Source of the DNA: an uncultured bacterium
GTDB lineage: Bacteria > Chlamydiota > Chlamydiia > Chlamydiales > SM23-39
DNA: 64,000 nt
Direction of reading: 5' to 3'
Assembly: GCA_963716985.1 (NCBI GenBank)
Contig: OY970323.1
Span: forward strand, 1,664,001 to 1,728,000
Both the position numbers and the translations under genes were made by a program. Shown here piece after piece: positions 48,197 to 58,865 of this stretch. Under the pieces are notes generated by a model. That model ran no database searches and had not been told where the DNA came from. It saw only the letters and a program-made list of their open reading frames with translations. The first letter of the stretch is position 1; each line of letters starts with the position of its first letter.

Positions 48197-51183
48197 AAAT
48201 CCCACTTTCCTTATTCTGCCTTCTTGCAAGTACTGCAACCTTTGCAGAAGAAACGCAAACAACAACAGATGCGAGAGAACAGGCGATTGTCCTGCAAGAA
48301 AAAAAAGAAGCTCTGAACTATCTTCCCATAAAGGACGAGTCCGACCTTTCCATTCTTTCTCCCTCTTTGCAAGATCGAAAAACAGCCAAGCTGAAGCTTC
48401 CAAACGGGCTTAGCGTCTATTTAATTTCCGATCCAGAGGCCACTCAAGACGCTGCAGCCCTTGGCGTTCGTGTCGGATCCTGGAATGATCCGAAAACCTA
48501 TCCCGGTATGGCCCATTTTTTGGAACACATGCTATTTCAAGGGACAAAAGCCTATCCCAATTCTTCCGAGTACATGCGTTTTATCTGGGATCACGGAGGC
48601 TGCCCCAATGCCTTTACCGCCAATGATCGGACCGTCTACATGTTCTCCATCAATCCCTCCTCTTTCCTCGAAGCACTGGACCGCTTCTCCCATTTTTTTA
48701 TCGATCCGCTCTTTCATCCGGCCCAAATTGAAAACGAGCTTTTTGCCGTCGATCAAGAATTTGGAAAGAACATCGAAAACGATAATTGGAGGCTCTATCA
48801 AATCTCCAAGGAAACGGGAAATCCCGCCCATCCCAACGCTCTTTTTTCGACAGGCAATTCGAAAACCTTGCGAGGGATTCCACAAGAAGAGATGAAAAAG
48901 TGGTATGAAACCTTCTATAGCTCCAATCTGATGGACCTCGTCGTCTATTCTTCGCTTCCATTAGAAACGCTGCAAGAGCAAGTGGTGGAAAAATTTCAAA
49001 GGATTCCGAATCGAAATGCTCTTGCTTTCTTTTCATCGGAGCCTCTAACCTCCGCGCAGCAAAGGGGCCACTTCATCTACGTATCGCCCATCCAAAAAAT
49101 CGAGCGCCTAACCCTTCAATGGGAACTTCCCCAATCTCTTGCCAAAGATGAGAGCAAATCTGCTGCGCTCATTGCCTATGCGATCACAAGAGGCTCTTCT
49201 AAAAGTCTTTTGGAATATCTAAAAAAAGAGGGCCTTGCAGAAAACCTTTCAGCCCAAAGCGAAGAGATCGGCTCTTTATACCATCTTTTTTCCATCGATA
49301 TCGACCTAACCGATAAGGGCGTCGAAAACCTTACGAAGGTCATCCAGACCACCTTTGAAACTCTCGCACTTCTGAAAGAATCGCCGCTTCCCTTTTATCT
49401 CTTCGATGAAATGAAGCTTATGCGGGAAATTAACTACCGGTATCAGGAGAGGGAAGACCCCTTTGTTTTTGTCAAAAACCACGCGTCCCAACTCTTAGAC
49501 GAAGAGCTCTCCACCTACCCTCGAAAAACGCTCTTTCCTTCGCATTATGACAAAGAGCGCATCGCGCAAGTGTTGACCTCTCTATCTCCACAAGAGTGCC
49601 AAGTTTACGTCTGCGCAGACCCCAAGCTAACCCATGTAGCGCCGCAAGAGAAAGAAGAGTGGCTTGGCGGTGAATATACCATTGCAGAAATCTCTCAAGA
49701 AACACTCTCTTCTTGGGAAAACGCCCATCCCAATCCTGAAATCCAGCTCCCATTGCCCAATGCTTTTATTCCTACCCACCTCAGTATCGTGAACCATTCT
49801 CAAGAAACAAAAGATCTGCCGCCCGCCAAGCTGATCGATTCGGAAATGGGAAAGGTTTTTTTCAACGAACGCGATCCTTTCCAAACGCCGACGGTCGCGT
49901 GGGATATCCATATGAAAAGTCCGCTCTTGGACGCAAGCGCATCATCTTTTGCCCATTCGGATCTTTTTTTAAACATGCTCGAAGACAAATTACAGCCTCT
50001 ACTGTCAAACGCAACGAGTGCCGGATTGGACCTTAGGCTTTGCCGCAACCATTATCGCATCGAACTTTCCCTCAATGGCTATAGCGAAAAAGCCCCTCTT
50101 TTTCTCAAAGAAGTTCTCCAATCTCTTAAAAATGCCTCCTTTTCCCAAGAAGATTTTGACAGATCCTTTGTCGCATTGAAAAGGTTCTATGAAAACTGCG
50201 CGCACGACATGCCCATGATGCAAGCAAAAGAGCTGCAAAACTCTTTTCTTTCCCCCTCTAACATCACGAGCGCGGAAAAAGCAAAGGCGCTGCAAGATCT
50301 GTCGCTGGAAAAACTCATTGAATTTCAAAAAAAGCTCACGGAGAGTCTCTACTTAGAAGTCTTCTTTGCCGGAAACATGACAAAAAGCGATGCCGCATCT
50401 GCCTGGAGCTCCATCACCGAGACCCTGCACTTTTCTCCTTTCCCTCCCTCTCAGCACTTGCAAAAACAGGTATTGCTGCTCCCCTCTGCAGGCAAACCCC
50501 TTGAGCTTGTGCAGACCACAGAAGCTCTGGGAAGCGGTGTGGTCCTAACGCTTGGGCAAGGAGACTTTTCCTTCTCCGCAAGATCTGCCCAGCAAATCCT
50601 CGCATCTGCCCTCAAGGAAGCCTTCTTTACAGCTCTCAGGTCCAAACAAAAAACGGCCTATATTGCCAAAAGCTGGGAAGAAGAAATCGAAAGACAACTA
50701 TTTCATTCCTTTGCCGTTCAATCCAGTTCTCATGACGTTTCCGATCTAATCCATCGGTTTGAATTTTTCATCGAAGATTTTGCTCAGAACGTCACGACTT
50801 ATATTCCTGAAGGTCGTTTTTCCGCGCTGAAACAGGATCTCATCACCCAGCTCTCCAATCCTCCGAAAAACCTCCAAGAGATGCTCCTGCGCAAGTCCAC
50901 TCTTGCCTTTGACTATCAAGAGGATTTTCAGTGGATCGAAAAACGCACGGAGGCTTTAAAAGAGCTGTCCTATAAGGATTTTCTCACCTTTGTCCAAACA
51001 ACCTTTTCCTATCGCAACAATGGAAGGCTCGCAGTCTTGTATCAAGGCAAGCTTCTTCAGGAAGAAAACGTTTCTTATGCTCCCATTTCCGTCGAAGATC
51101 TGCTGAAAAAAAGCCGCTACATTACGGCAAAAGGAGAAAAAGAGGATCTTCCTTTTGAAGAAGAGACAGCCACTGAGAAGTGA
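48193..51183 (+). CDS. ptr: Insulinase/pitrilysin-family (M16A) secreted protease
   Basis: Signal peptide, GMAHFLEHMLFQGT (HXXEH), NAFT, FSTGN. Confidence 0.93.
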   Translation: MKIPLSLFCLLASTATFAEETQTTTDAREQAIVLQEKKEALNYLPIKDESDLSILSPSLQDRKTAKLKLPNGLSVYLISDPEATQDAAALGVRVGSWNDPKTYPGMAHFLEHMLFQGTKAYPNSSEYMRFIWDHGGCPNAFTANDRTVYMFSINPSSFLEALDRFSHFFIDPLFHPAQIENELFAVDQEFGKNIENDNWRLYQISKETGNPAHPNALFSTGNSKTLRGIPQEEMKKWYETFYSSNLMDLVVYSSLPLETLQEQVVEKFQRIPNRNALAFFSSEPLTSAQQRGHFIYVSPIQKIERLTLQWELPQSLAKDESKSAALIAYAITRGSSKSLLEYLKKEGLAENLSAQSEEIGSLYHLFSIDIDLTDKGVENLTKVIQTTFETLALLKESPLPFYLFDEMKLMREINYRYQEREDPFVFVKNHASQLLDEELSTYPRKTLFPSHYDKERIAQVLTSLSPQECQVYVCADPKLTHVAPQEKEEWLGGEYTIAEISQETLSSWENAHPNPEIQLPLPNAFIPTHLSIVNHSQETKDLPPAKLIDSEMGKVFFNERDPFQTPTVAWDIHMKSPLLDASASSFAHSDLFLNMLEDKLQPLLSNATSAGLDLRLCRNHYRIELSLNGYSEKAPLFLKEVLQSLKNASFSQEDFDRSFVALKRFYENCAHDMPMMQAKELQNSFLSPSNITSAEKAKALQDLSLEKLIEFQKKLTESLYLEVFFAGNMTKSDAASAWSSITETLHFSPFPPSQHLQKQVLLLPSAGKPLELVQTTEALGSGVVLTLGQGDFSFSARSAQQILASALKEAFFTALRSKQKTAYIAKSWEEEIERQLFHSFAVQSSSHDVSDLIHRFEFFIEDFAQNVTTYIPEGRFSALKQDLITQLSNPPKNLQEMLLRKSTLAFDYQEDFQWIEKRTEALKELSYKDFLTFVQTTFSYRNNGRLAVLYQGKLLQEENVSYAPISVEDLLKKSRYITAKGEKEDLPFEEETATEK

Positions 51184-51287
51184 GAGATAGCCTCTGATTT
51201 TTTTTGATTGGGTTGGATGTGCCGATTTTCTTTTCGATTTTTCCCAAAAGTCTTTCACGATCTAACCGATCTTTTTTTTCTCTCTTA

Positions 51288-51503
51288 ATGAAAAAGTTGT
51301 TCTCGTTTTTAGCAGTATTCATGAGTAGTTTTTTGTTTGCGCAGCAATTTCCTGCCCCAGGAGCATTTACCATTCAAGGAGAAGCAATTTATCTGCTTCC
51401 AAATGTAGGATCTACTTTCATTCAAAACGAAAATCCGTTTTGCTTTTGGGCGAGGGAGGTTCAATACAAGGTCAAAAGTCAGGCTTTACGTGTCAAACTC
51501 TAG
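51288..51503 (+). pseudogene. Truncated outer-membrane protein 5' fragment
   Basis: Signal peptide MKKLFSFLAVFMSSFLFA, then G.F.IQGEAIYLLP resembling the first barrel strand of Lpg1974-like porins; breaks off after about 45 codons. Confidence 0.5.
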
Positions 51504-51526
51504 AAAGACTATTCTGGTTCATCCGA

Positions 51527-51561
51527 GAACATAAGTCTACAGACTTATGGGTAACGATTAG
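51527..51561. repeat. Solitary TIR of the 43502-43671 MITE family
   Basis: GAACATAAGTCTACAGACTTATGGGTAACGATTAG matches GAACATAGGTCTCAAACTTATGGATAACGATTAG (43638-43671). Confidence 0.8.
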
Positions 51562-53680
51562 CGCTAACACAGGTGGAAAAAAGGCCCCAAATAGCCGCTG
51601 TGATTAAGTAGCTCACCTTTTCCGAAAGGATAGGAACTCTCCATCCGGACCTGTGAAGAGACAAAGCGCCATGCTTGATGATATGTTTGCCCATCAGCAT
51701 GAAGTAGATCATTCCGGCCCTTCCGGCCCAGCCGGAGGGAATCATGAGACCTGCAAGTTTTTTCAGTCCGAACGTTGCCCCCGTATATGCGAGAGATGTC
51801 ATTCCGCCGACAATGCGCGGAGATAAAAAGTTGAGCGCAAGAAAAAGAAGCGCGGACAGAACCATTCGTTCCTCAGGCGTTCGGTCGGCAAAACGGGCGA
51901 GAAGTTTTTGTCGCAAGAAAGGAGCGCAAAGATTCGCGGTTATCAACGTTACAATCTGGAGAAAAGAGGAGGGCAATAGCACTTTGGTCGCGAATGGAAT
52001 CAAGGTTCCGGCTGCTTGAGGAATCAGGCGGCCGATTGCATAGGGGACAATGGCGCCGATCAAGGGGAGCGCGAGCCATTTAATTTTGTCCTGTAAGAGT
52101 GTACCTGCAATGGATTCTCCAATCAGGCTTTTTAGAAGATTAACTGTTTGCGGGTCTCGGGAATTGCGGGCGAGAGCGCCTCCGAAAATGCCCCCGAGAA
52201 CAGATGCACTCCAAACGATCGGAGCCATTCCGGAACAATAGGCGGCTGCCAGAGAGGCGATCCCGACTTTTATGAAAGTTGGATGATCCTCGATCCAGGG
52301 AATTGTTTGTAATACGGGATCGAGCTTATTTAATTGCTTGGGAGCGAAAGCGGCGATGGCAAGCGATAGGGCGACCGTTGTCGGGGCGAAGATCGAGGTG
52401 AGTCCTGCGGTGGCAAGGCCTGCGGCGGCGATCATCGCAATTTTTCTTATATTGGGCCTGATCCTATGAAGGAGGGAGGGATCTTCCGGCGTTGATGAAG
52501 AGAGAAGAGCGTGGTTGATCGCTTCAATATTTCTAGAGGCTAAATATCCTGCGCCAACAGCGGCCACAGCCGTAATGGGGGAGAAGAGGAGGGATGCTTC
52601 TGCGGTAAGCGATGCAGCAGCAATATTTTGGATGGTTAGATATTGTTTCCAGCGTCCCCAGCCGCTTTCCTCCTGCGGCAGGATTTCCGTTTTCCAGCGC
52701 TCATGGAGTTGATTCTTTAAAAGGTCATTTGCGAGCAACTCCTCGCAAAGGGGTTTGTCGCTCGGATGGCTTTCTAAGTGTTTTTGCACGATCGCATGGA
52801 CCTCGGCCTCCTCGAAAGCCGCCATTAGCGCGTCCTCGGTTTCGGGGTTTGCAAGAAATTGCGTTAAAGCAGCTACTTTGGGCCCTAGAAGAGGTTGCTT
52901 CGCAGGATCCTTGCGGATCTGCTGTTCTAGGTTGGCTTTTTTTGCTTGGAGAGTCTGGAGAAAGGGGGCCAGCTGTTTTTGCGCTGCGGCTTGCTGATAA
53001 TTTTGGGCGAACTTGAGAAAATCCTGTCGAAGACGTGCTTTGAAAGACTCAAAATCTCTCAAGGAAGATTGGGCCAGCGGCTTTTTAAGGCACCAATCTC
53101 TGACGAGGGGAAGAGAGATGTTTTGCGTGTCTAACTGTGCTGAAATTCCAAGAGAAGGAATGGAAAGGATGCAGGGTTTTTGAGCAGGTCTGTTTGGGAT
53201 TGCGGGCGCTTCTTGGAATGAGCCGAGCAGTTCCGGAATGAGGTCTTTTAATGTTTGATATTGCAAGACTCCATATTTTCTAGGGCTTACGCATTGGCCT
53301 GGGCGTTCAGGATCATAGCGCACAAGCGTTTCATCGGAGACATCCCATCTTTTCGCGGTATGTCTGTCTATGACCTCGACGCGGCCGCCGAGAGCGGAAA
53401 TTTCAAATTGACAGGGGCTGGCCAATAGTGTTTGCAATTCCGTGTCGTGGAGATATTTCCCTGTATGCTTGAGTGTGAAAACCACATCGTCCATAAAAGA
53501 GCGTAATTTCTCTCTGGGCACGGGATATTGATCGACGGTGCGGATCGGCATGCCATCTTCATCGACCGGTCTTACTTGAAGATCAAGCCATCGGCTCTGG
53601 CTCGGGGACCAGAAACGTCCGCAGGAGGCCGCAGATGCGAGCGGAAAACTACCCGTTGAAGAAGCTGCTCCGGTGGTCAT
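51545..53680 (-). CDS. Hypothetical 711-aa protein with soluble/coiled-coil N-half and multi-hydrophobic C-half
   Basis: Long open frame, Ser/Thr/Ala-rich N-terminus, many TM-like segments after residue 350; stop codon lies within the TIR. Confidence 0.8.
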   Translation of the reverse strand: MTTGAASSTGSFPLASAASCGRFWSPSQSRWLDLQVRPVDEDGMPIRTVDQYPVPREKLRSFMDDVVFTLKHTGKYLHDTELQTLLASPCQFEISALGGRVEVIDRHTAKRWDVSDETLVRYDPERPGQCVSPRKYGVLQYQTLKDLIPELLGSFQEAPAIPNRPAQKPCILSIPSLGISAQLDTQNISLPLVRDWCLKKPLAQSSLRDFESFKARLRQDFLKFAQNYQQAAAQKQLAPFLQTLQAKKANLEQQIRKDPAKQPLLGPKVAALTQFLANPETEDALMAAFEEAEVHAIVQKHLESHPSDKPLCEELLANDLLKNQLHERWKTEILPQEESGWGRWKQYLTIQNIAAASLTAEASLLFSPITAVAAVGAGYLASRNIEAINHALLSSSTPEDPSLLHRIRPNIRKIAMIAAAGLATAGLTSIFAPTTVALSLAIAAFAPKQLNKLDPVLQTIPWIEDHPTFIKVGIASLAAAYCSGMAPIVWSASVLGGIFGGALARNSRDPQTVNLLKSLIGESIAGTLLQDKIKWLALPLIGAIVPYAIGRLIPQAAGTLIPFATKVLLPSSFLQIVTLITANLCAPFLRQKLLARFADRTPEERMVLSALLFLALNFLSPRIVGGMTSLAYTGATFGLKKLAGLMIPSGWAGRAGMIYFMLMGKHIIKHGALSLHRSGWRVPILSEKVSYLITAAIWGLFSTCVSANRYP

Positions 53681-53705
53681 AATAATTCCTTTTTTTTGTT
53701 ATATT

Positions 53706-53910
53706 GAGGGAGTTGCAAAACTCTGAGGAAGTCGGGATTTTTTTAAGCTAAGAACAAAAAAATTTTAAATAACCACGCCTTGCTCTATAGAGTAATCGCT
53801 AAAAAACAACAACGAGCAAGGCAACGACTAATTCTTTCCTAAACTTTATATCATGTGGCTTACATCAAATTCAACGAACTTTTTTTCCCGATCTAGAAGC
53901 AGTTATCATG
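53706..53910 (+). mobile_element. Possible IS1182/IS5-like left-end stub
   Basis: GAGGGAGTTGCAAAACTC terminal-like motif followed by a degenerate frame QIQRTFFPDLEAVI reminiscent of transposase N-termini. Confidence 0.3.
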
Positions 53911-54309
53911 CATCGGATGTTGATAGAGGAAAAAGAATTTATATGGGGAGAACCGCCCAGTAAAGCAGCGTAAACCGTTCTTCACTTGAGCAATATTGGT
54001 GGATCGCATTGGAGCGGTCGAGATAGAGAGCAAAAATTATGAGTCAACATACAGGAACACCGAAGAAGTGGGCAAATACGTTGCAAAGTTGGCACATAGA
54101 TGCCGTTCTCGACATTGTATTGTCCATTTCATTCGGATTTCATGGTGGGGCGAGGAGAGAAAATGTACTCCTCAAAAAAAGATCCCGGAGAGAACGGTGG
54201 ATTCTTCCTGTTGTTTAGACAAAAATGAAAACTTTTTATCCCGGCATCTGTGCTCGTTTTTTATCCGGTCCCCAAGACTTCGCTCACAAGTGAGGAACCG
54301 GATGAACCA

Positions 54310-55032
54310 CTATTCTTCCATCTTCATGTTGTGATAGACGGCATCGACATCCTCTAGCTTTTCGAGCCATTCGATGAGTTTGATGTTTGCCTCCTGATCT
54401 TCTTTGGAGCATTCCACCAAGTTTTTGGGGATCATCTCTAAAGAAGACCCGTCGCAAATGATTTCATTTTTTTCGATCGCTTCTTTGACTTTATAGAGAC
54501 TTTCTGGAGCTGTTGTAATCATGAAGCGGTCGTCGGTTACCTCGAAATCTTCAGCGCCTCCGTCGCTCACCAGAAGAAAAAGCTCATCTTCCCGCGCATG
54601 TTTTTTTAAGACCTCTAAAACTCCCTTGCGATCGAAATTGTAGCTCACGGAACCGGGAGTTGCAATCGTACCGCCGCATTTATTTGTCGCAATGCGGATC
54701 TCGGAGGCAATGCGATTTTTATTATCCGTCATCACATCGACGATGATCCCCACGCCTCCATACCCATAAAGCTCATAGGTCATTTCGCTAAAATCGCTCT
54801 GATCGGGGCTGGATGCTTTTTTGATATTGCGTTCGATATTTTCGTTTGGAAAGTTGGCCGTTTTTGCTTTTTGAATCACCCGCGCCAGCTTCACATTGGA
54901 CGTGCGATCTGCTCCCCCCTGTTTGACGGCGCTGATGATCTCTTTGGCCAAGCGGGAAAACTCTTTGCCCTTTTTCTGATCGGACTTTTCTTTTCGATGC
55001 TTGATGTTGGCCCATTTGCTATGACCTGACAT
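54310..55032 (-). CDS. yebC: YebC/PmpR-family protein
   Basis: MSGHSKWANIKHRK, YELYGYGGV, TDNKNR, EDVDAVYHN. Confidence 0.96.
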   Translation of the reverse strand: MSGHSKWANIKHRKEKSDQKKGKEFSRLAKEIISAVKQGGADRTSNVKLARVIQKAKTANFPNENIERNIKKASSPDQSDFSEMTYELYGYGGVGIIVDVMTDNKNRIASEIRIATNKCGGTIATPGSVSYNFDRKGVLEVLKKHAREDELFLLVSDGGAEDFEVTDDRFMITTAPESLYKVKEAIEKNEIICDGSSLEMIPKNLVECSKEDQEANIKLIEWLEKLEDVDAVYHNMKMEE

Positions 55033-55089
55033 AGAATTGCCCCTTTCATTTTTCCACTAAACATTTTGCACGAGAAGGGAAAATTATCC

Positions 55090-55584
55090 CTAGAGAATCT
55101 TTTGCATAAAGTATTTGCCTCGATACATACCGCCATCCTTCGTAAAATGTTTTTGAAAGCCGCACGTGACAAACCCCAATCTTTTATAGAGAGAAATCGC
55201 CGGATTGCCCTCGTAAACCTCAAGACATAACATTTCGAGAAAAAATCTCTCTTTTGCAAGCTTCATCAGCTCGGTTAAGAGCTCTGTTCCGACCCCTTTG
55301 CCGCGAAGCTCTCTTGAGACAATGATGGCAAAAAGAGCTTGATGGCCCAATTTTCGAAAGGGCTGCAAATAGAGGTTCGCAAGACCGCAGGGAACATCCT
55401 CATAGACGGCCGTTAACACCGCCTGAAACTTGGCATATCCCATACAGATCGTTGCCGCATCCTCTATTTCGCGCGCATCGCTCATGGGAAACCAGCGCAA
55501 AATTTCCGGATCCGCCATCCACTCGACGAGATATTTTTTATCTTCTTCAACGGCAAAACGAATCTTTAATTGTTCTTTTTCCAC
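55090..55584 (-). CDS. GNAT acetyltransferase
   Basis: RGKGVGTELL, LEVYEGNPAISLYKRLGF. Confidence 0.9.
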   Translation of the reverse strand: MEKEQLKIRFAVEEDKKYLVEWMADPEILRWFPMSDAREIEDAATICMGYAKFQAVLTAVYEDVPCGLANLYLQPFRKLGHQALFAIIVSRELRGKGVGTELLTELMKLAKERFFLEMLCLEVYEGNPAISLYKRLGFVTCGFQKHFTKDGGMYRGKYFMQKIL

Positions 55585-55591
55585 AAGCCCT

Positions 55592-56089
55592 TCAAAATGT
55601 ATGTTCCATTAAAATTCTTGCCAGATACCGGCCCTCATCTTTCACAAATCGTTCTTGATAGACAATTTGTTCAAAAGAAGATTTGTTGAGAATGGAGAGA
55701 AGAGGGCACCCTTCATAAATCTCAGCATAAACACTTTCAAAACGAAAATAGTTTGCAGCAAGATTTAACAGATTTTTGACCATGGACGTGCCGATTCCCT
55801 TCCCTCTCATTTCGGGATCGACAACGAGATACATACTGCACTGATGAGCCACTTTTTTATAGGGCAAAAGAAAAAGCGTTCCTATTGCAACCGGCTTTGC
55901 TAAAACCGTTGCAGTCAAACTCGATCGGAAACGGGAAAATCCAATCCAATTCTTTGCAAAATCCTCGATTTCTTTAGCCGTCGACACGGGAAACCAGACA
56001 TGAGTTTCCGGATCGCTCAGCCACGAATGGAGAGCTGACCCGTCCTCCATTTGACTATAACGTATATCAAACGAAATCTCTTCTTGCAT
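55592..56089 (-). CDS. GNAT acetyltransferase (tandem paralogue)
   Basis: VDPEMRGKGIGT; aligns with the neighbour (WFP.S.A.EIED, L.L.P..K..HQ). Confidence 0.88.
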   Translation of the reverse strand: MQEEISFDIRYSQMEDGSALHSWLSDPETHVWFPVSTAKEIEDFAKNWIGFSRFRSSLTATVLAKPVAIGTLFLLPYKKVAHQCSMYLVVDPEMRGKGIGTSMVKNLLNLAANYFRFESVYAEIYEGCPLLSILNKSSFEQIVYQERFVKDEGRYLARILMEHTF

Positions 56090-57175
56090 TATCCGAATTC
56101 CTTCAAGTAAGAGGCCACAAAATCTTCTATCTCTCCGTCCATCACTGCCTGGATATTACCCGATTCCCATTTCGTGCGGGTATCTTTGACCAAAGTATAG
56201 GGTTGAAAGACATAATTACGAATCTGCGAGCCCCAAGCAATCTCTTTTTTCTCTCCGCCCATTTGTTGCAGAGACTGTTCTCTCTCAAGGACCTCTTTCT
56301 CATAGAGCTTGGACTTGAGCATTTTCATGCAGGTTTCTTTGTTCTGCACCTGGCTTCTTTCGCTCTGCGAAGAGACCACCATTCCCGTCGGCAAATGGGT
56401 GATGCGAACGGCCGAGTCGGTCCGGTTGACATGTTGTCCGCCCGCTCCGGAAGCGCGGAAGGTGTCGATGCGCAGATCCTCCGGCTTTATCTCCACTACA
56501 ATTTCTTCATCGATAATTGGAGTCACGTCCACCGATGCAAAACTCGTATGCCGCCGCGCATTGCTGTCAAAAGGAGAAATGCGCACCAAGCGGTGCACCC
56601 CTTTTTCCGACTTGCAAAGGCCATAAGCATAATCTCCCTCAAAACGAAACGTGATGCTCTTCACACCCGCAATCTCTCCATCAAGCCGGTCGATGAGCTG
56701 CACCTTCCATCCCTTTCTTTGCGCATAGCGCTGATACATTCTTCCCAGCATTTCTGCCCAATCGCAAGCCTCCGTTCCTCCGGCTCCGGCATTGATGCTC
56801 AAATAGCAGCTATTGCGATCCATCTCCTTAGAAAGCATTTTGCGCAGTTCTAAATCGATCAGTTTTTCTTCGATGGCCAAAAATTCTTTTTTCAACTCTT
56901 CTAGAAACGCAAGATCCTTTGCAGCCTCAGCTTCCGGGTAAATTTCCTTTAATGCGTGAAAACGGGTAGACACTTCTTGAAAAGCCAGAGTCCAAGACTT
57001 TAGCTCATTGCACTCTTTTACGATCTTTTGAGCAGCAACGGAATCCTCCCAAAAATGGGGATCTTCCATCTTTTCTTCGAGACGTTTGACCTCCGCTTCT
57101 TTCGAAGCCAGGTCAAAGAAACCTCCACATTTGAGCAATTCTTTTTTCGATATCGGCTAATTTCTCTTGAGACAT
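56089..57175 (-). CDS. prfB: Peptide chain release factor 2, programmed +1 frameshift
   Basis: ATG 57175 ...TGG AGG TTT CTT TGA C; downstream frame has SPF and GGQ motifs. Confidence 0.96.
57112..57126 (-). promoter_or_regulatory. prfB frameshift signal (internal SD plus CTT TGA C)
   Basis: GGAGG-TTT-CTTTGAC on the minus strand. Confidence 0.93.
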
Positions 57176-57339
57176 AATAATTCCTTTTCCACGAAAATAT
57201 GAAATTCTCATCTTTTTAGCAACAGAGATCTTCGCAAATTTCCTGACTCTTTCTTTCTTAAATTTTTCAGAAATCTCTCTACTTTGTCTTCTCTTTCTTC
57301 ACCAATGGTAACGTCTTGAATTGAATTTACAGAAACAAT

Positions 57340-57965
57340 CTTACACCACCTCCGTGGGAGCCTAAAGGGGAAGTTCCTTTAGACTACCCGACTTTAAAAT
57401 CCCGCATTAGAAGCCCCATCGGCGATCGCATCATAAGACGGAAGGGCTATTCGTTTAATTTCGTCCAGTTGGTAGCTTAAGCCGCCTGCTTTTCCATGCC
57501 ATTTTTTGCCCGTCTCTTGTGATTTTTTCTGGGTCTCGGCAATTCCACCTTATCTAATAACCATGTGAACAGATCTCGAGGTTTTTGTTCGAAAAACCTT
57601 TCTGCCGCAGTAGTGCCATCCGCTCGTCGTATAAAAAAATTGTGCAACACTGTTAAGACCGTGAGTGTATGTGCAGTCAATCGCCGAAATGCATGGAATT
57701 TTAATGACAACTGGCCATTTCTACCCTCCACACATGAGCTCGATCGTTGAAAAATTTGGGCGCATTCCAAGGCTCTACGCCACCATTCTACCTGCATAGA
57801 GCAATTTATTCCGCCCCATAACAGATTCTGTTTGAGGCCTTCTTCCAATTTGCGTAAAGTTGTCTTTATCGCTTCTTTTCGGACCTTCTTTTTAGTTCTT
57901 TGCAAACAGAGCTTTAAGTACTCTATCGCAACAAGCTTCTCGAATAACTGCCCATGCCACTCATC
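57340..57965 (-). mobile_element. 3' remnant of a DUF6399-like transposase element
   Basis: FQRSSSCVEGRNGQLSL...LTVLHNFFIRRADGTTAAERFF...DLF (57477-57965); 5' part cut off at the IS630 end; outer end tentatively at CTTACACC 57340. Confidence 0.7.
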
Positions 57966-57975
57966 TAGTGCTCTG

Positions 57976-58098
57976 TCACCCTTTAATTTTAGGATAAATT
58001 GACTTGAGCTTATGCCGTGCATCACCAATAGTAAATTGCCATTCAACTCCTCGTTGCTTTGCATTTGTTTTGGTTGCCCATGCTTCGGTTTGTGTACG
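57976..58098 (-). pseudogene. IS630 transposase C-terminal piece, split off by IS66
   Basis: RTQTEAWATKTNAKQRGVEWQFTIGDARHKLKSIYPKIKG*; in frame with orfB after removing IS66 and one GTGTACG. Confidence 0.88.
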
Positions 58099-58174
58099 GT
58101 AAGCGTCTAATCTAGCCATCTTTTTTGTTTTCCTTCGTCATGGCACTCTGGTTTTTCTTAACCAAAGGAGTGTT

Positions 58175-58489
58175 ATGCCAAGACCGTTCCCAGAAGAAAA
58201 AAGACGCATCTGGCAAGAAAAAGTGCAAACGCAACGCATTAGCGGATTAAGCATGGCGCGTTGGTGTCGTGAGCAGCAGGTAAATTACAATTCTTTCCTG
58301 TATTGGGATAAGCGCTTCCCTGAAAAATCTCAGATAACACGCGACTCTTTTCAAGAGCTCTATGAAGAAACTAAGACGGACCCAGGCGTTGCTATCGAAT
58401 GTCAGGGAATGAAAGTTGTTCTATTAAAATCATTCGACCCAGTCGTTTTGGCTCAATGTCTACAAGTTCTCAAGGCACTGCCATGCTAA
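58175..58489 (+). CDS. tnpA: IS66 accessory protein TnpA
   Basis: W...V..QR.SGLS.ARWCRE..V...SF.YW. Confidence 0.85.
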   Translation: MPRPFPEEKRRIWQEKVQTQRISGLSMARWCREQQVNYNSFLYWDKRFPEKSQITRDSFQELYEETKTDPGVAIECQGMKVVLLKSFDPVVLAQCLQVLKALPC

Positions 58490-58799
58490 GTCTGCCTGCA
58501 AACGCCCGCCTGTTTTTGTGTCGCGCGCCTGTCAGTATGCGCAAGAGCTTTGAAGGTCTGAGCATTCTCGTCGAACAATTGTTCCCCGGAGAGCTCTTTT
58601 TATTTTTCTAAGCCGACGCAAGGATCATATGAAGGTTCTCTACTGGGATGGTGATGGGTTTGTCATTTTTTATAAGCGCTTGGAAAAAGGTTCTTTTATT
58701 CCTCGGGAAGGAATGACATCAACGCTGCCAAGACGTGAATTTTTGATGCTTTTGGAAGGAGTCGTTCCTAAACGATTACAATCTCGGTTTTCTCTATGA
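58483..58799 (+). pseudogene. tnpB: IS66 accessory protein TnpB, frameshifted
   Basis: PVSMRKSFEGL in one frame; FIFLSRRKDHMKVLYWDGDGFVIFYKRLEKG in another after a short deletion near 58597. Confidence 0.85.
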
Positions 58800-58865
58800 A
58801 AATAATTCGACTTTTCGTGTATTTTTCTCTTCTTTTTTTAAGGGGGTTTTGCTATCATTTTCTCT

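Noticed and set aside
53996..54334. 112-aa plus-strand ORF
   Set aside because: No recognisable motif or RBS, it overlaps the yebC end, and it lies in a degraded region.
57119..57138. ORF-track start of prfB (MLKCGGF)
   Set aside because: Artefact of the +1 frameshift; the true start is at 57175.
57966..58064. N-terminal 33 aa of the 195-aa ORF 57477-58064
   Set aside because: This is an off-frame reading of the IS630 3' end fused by insertion, not part of the DUF6399-like protein.
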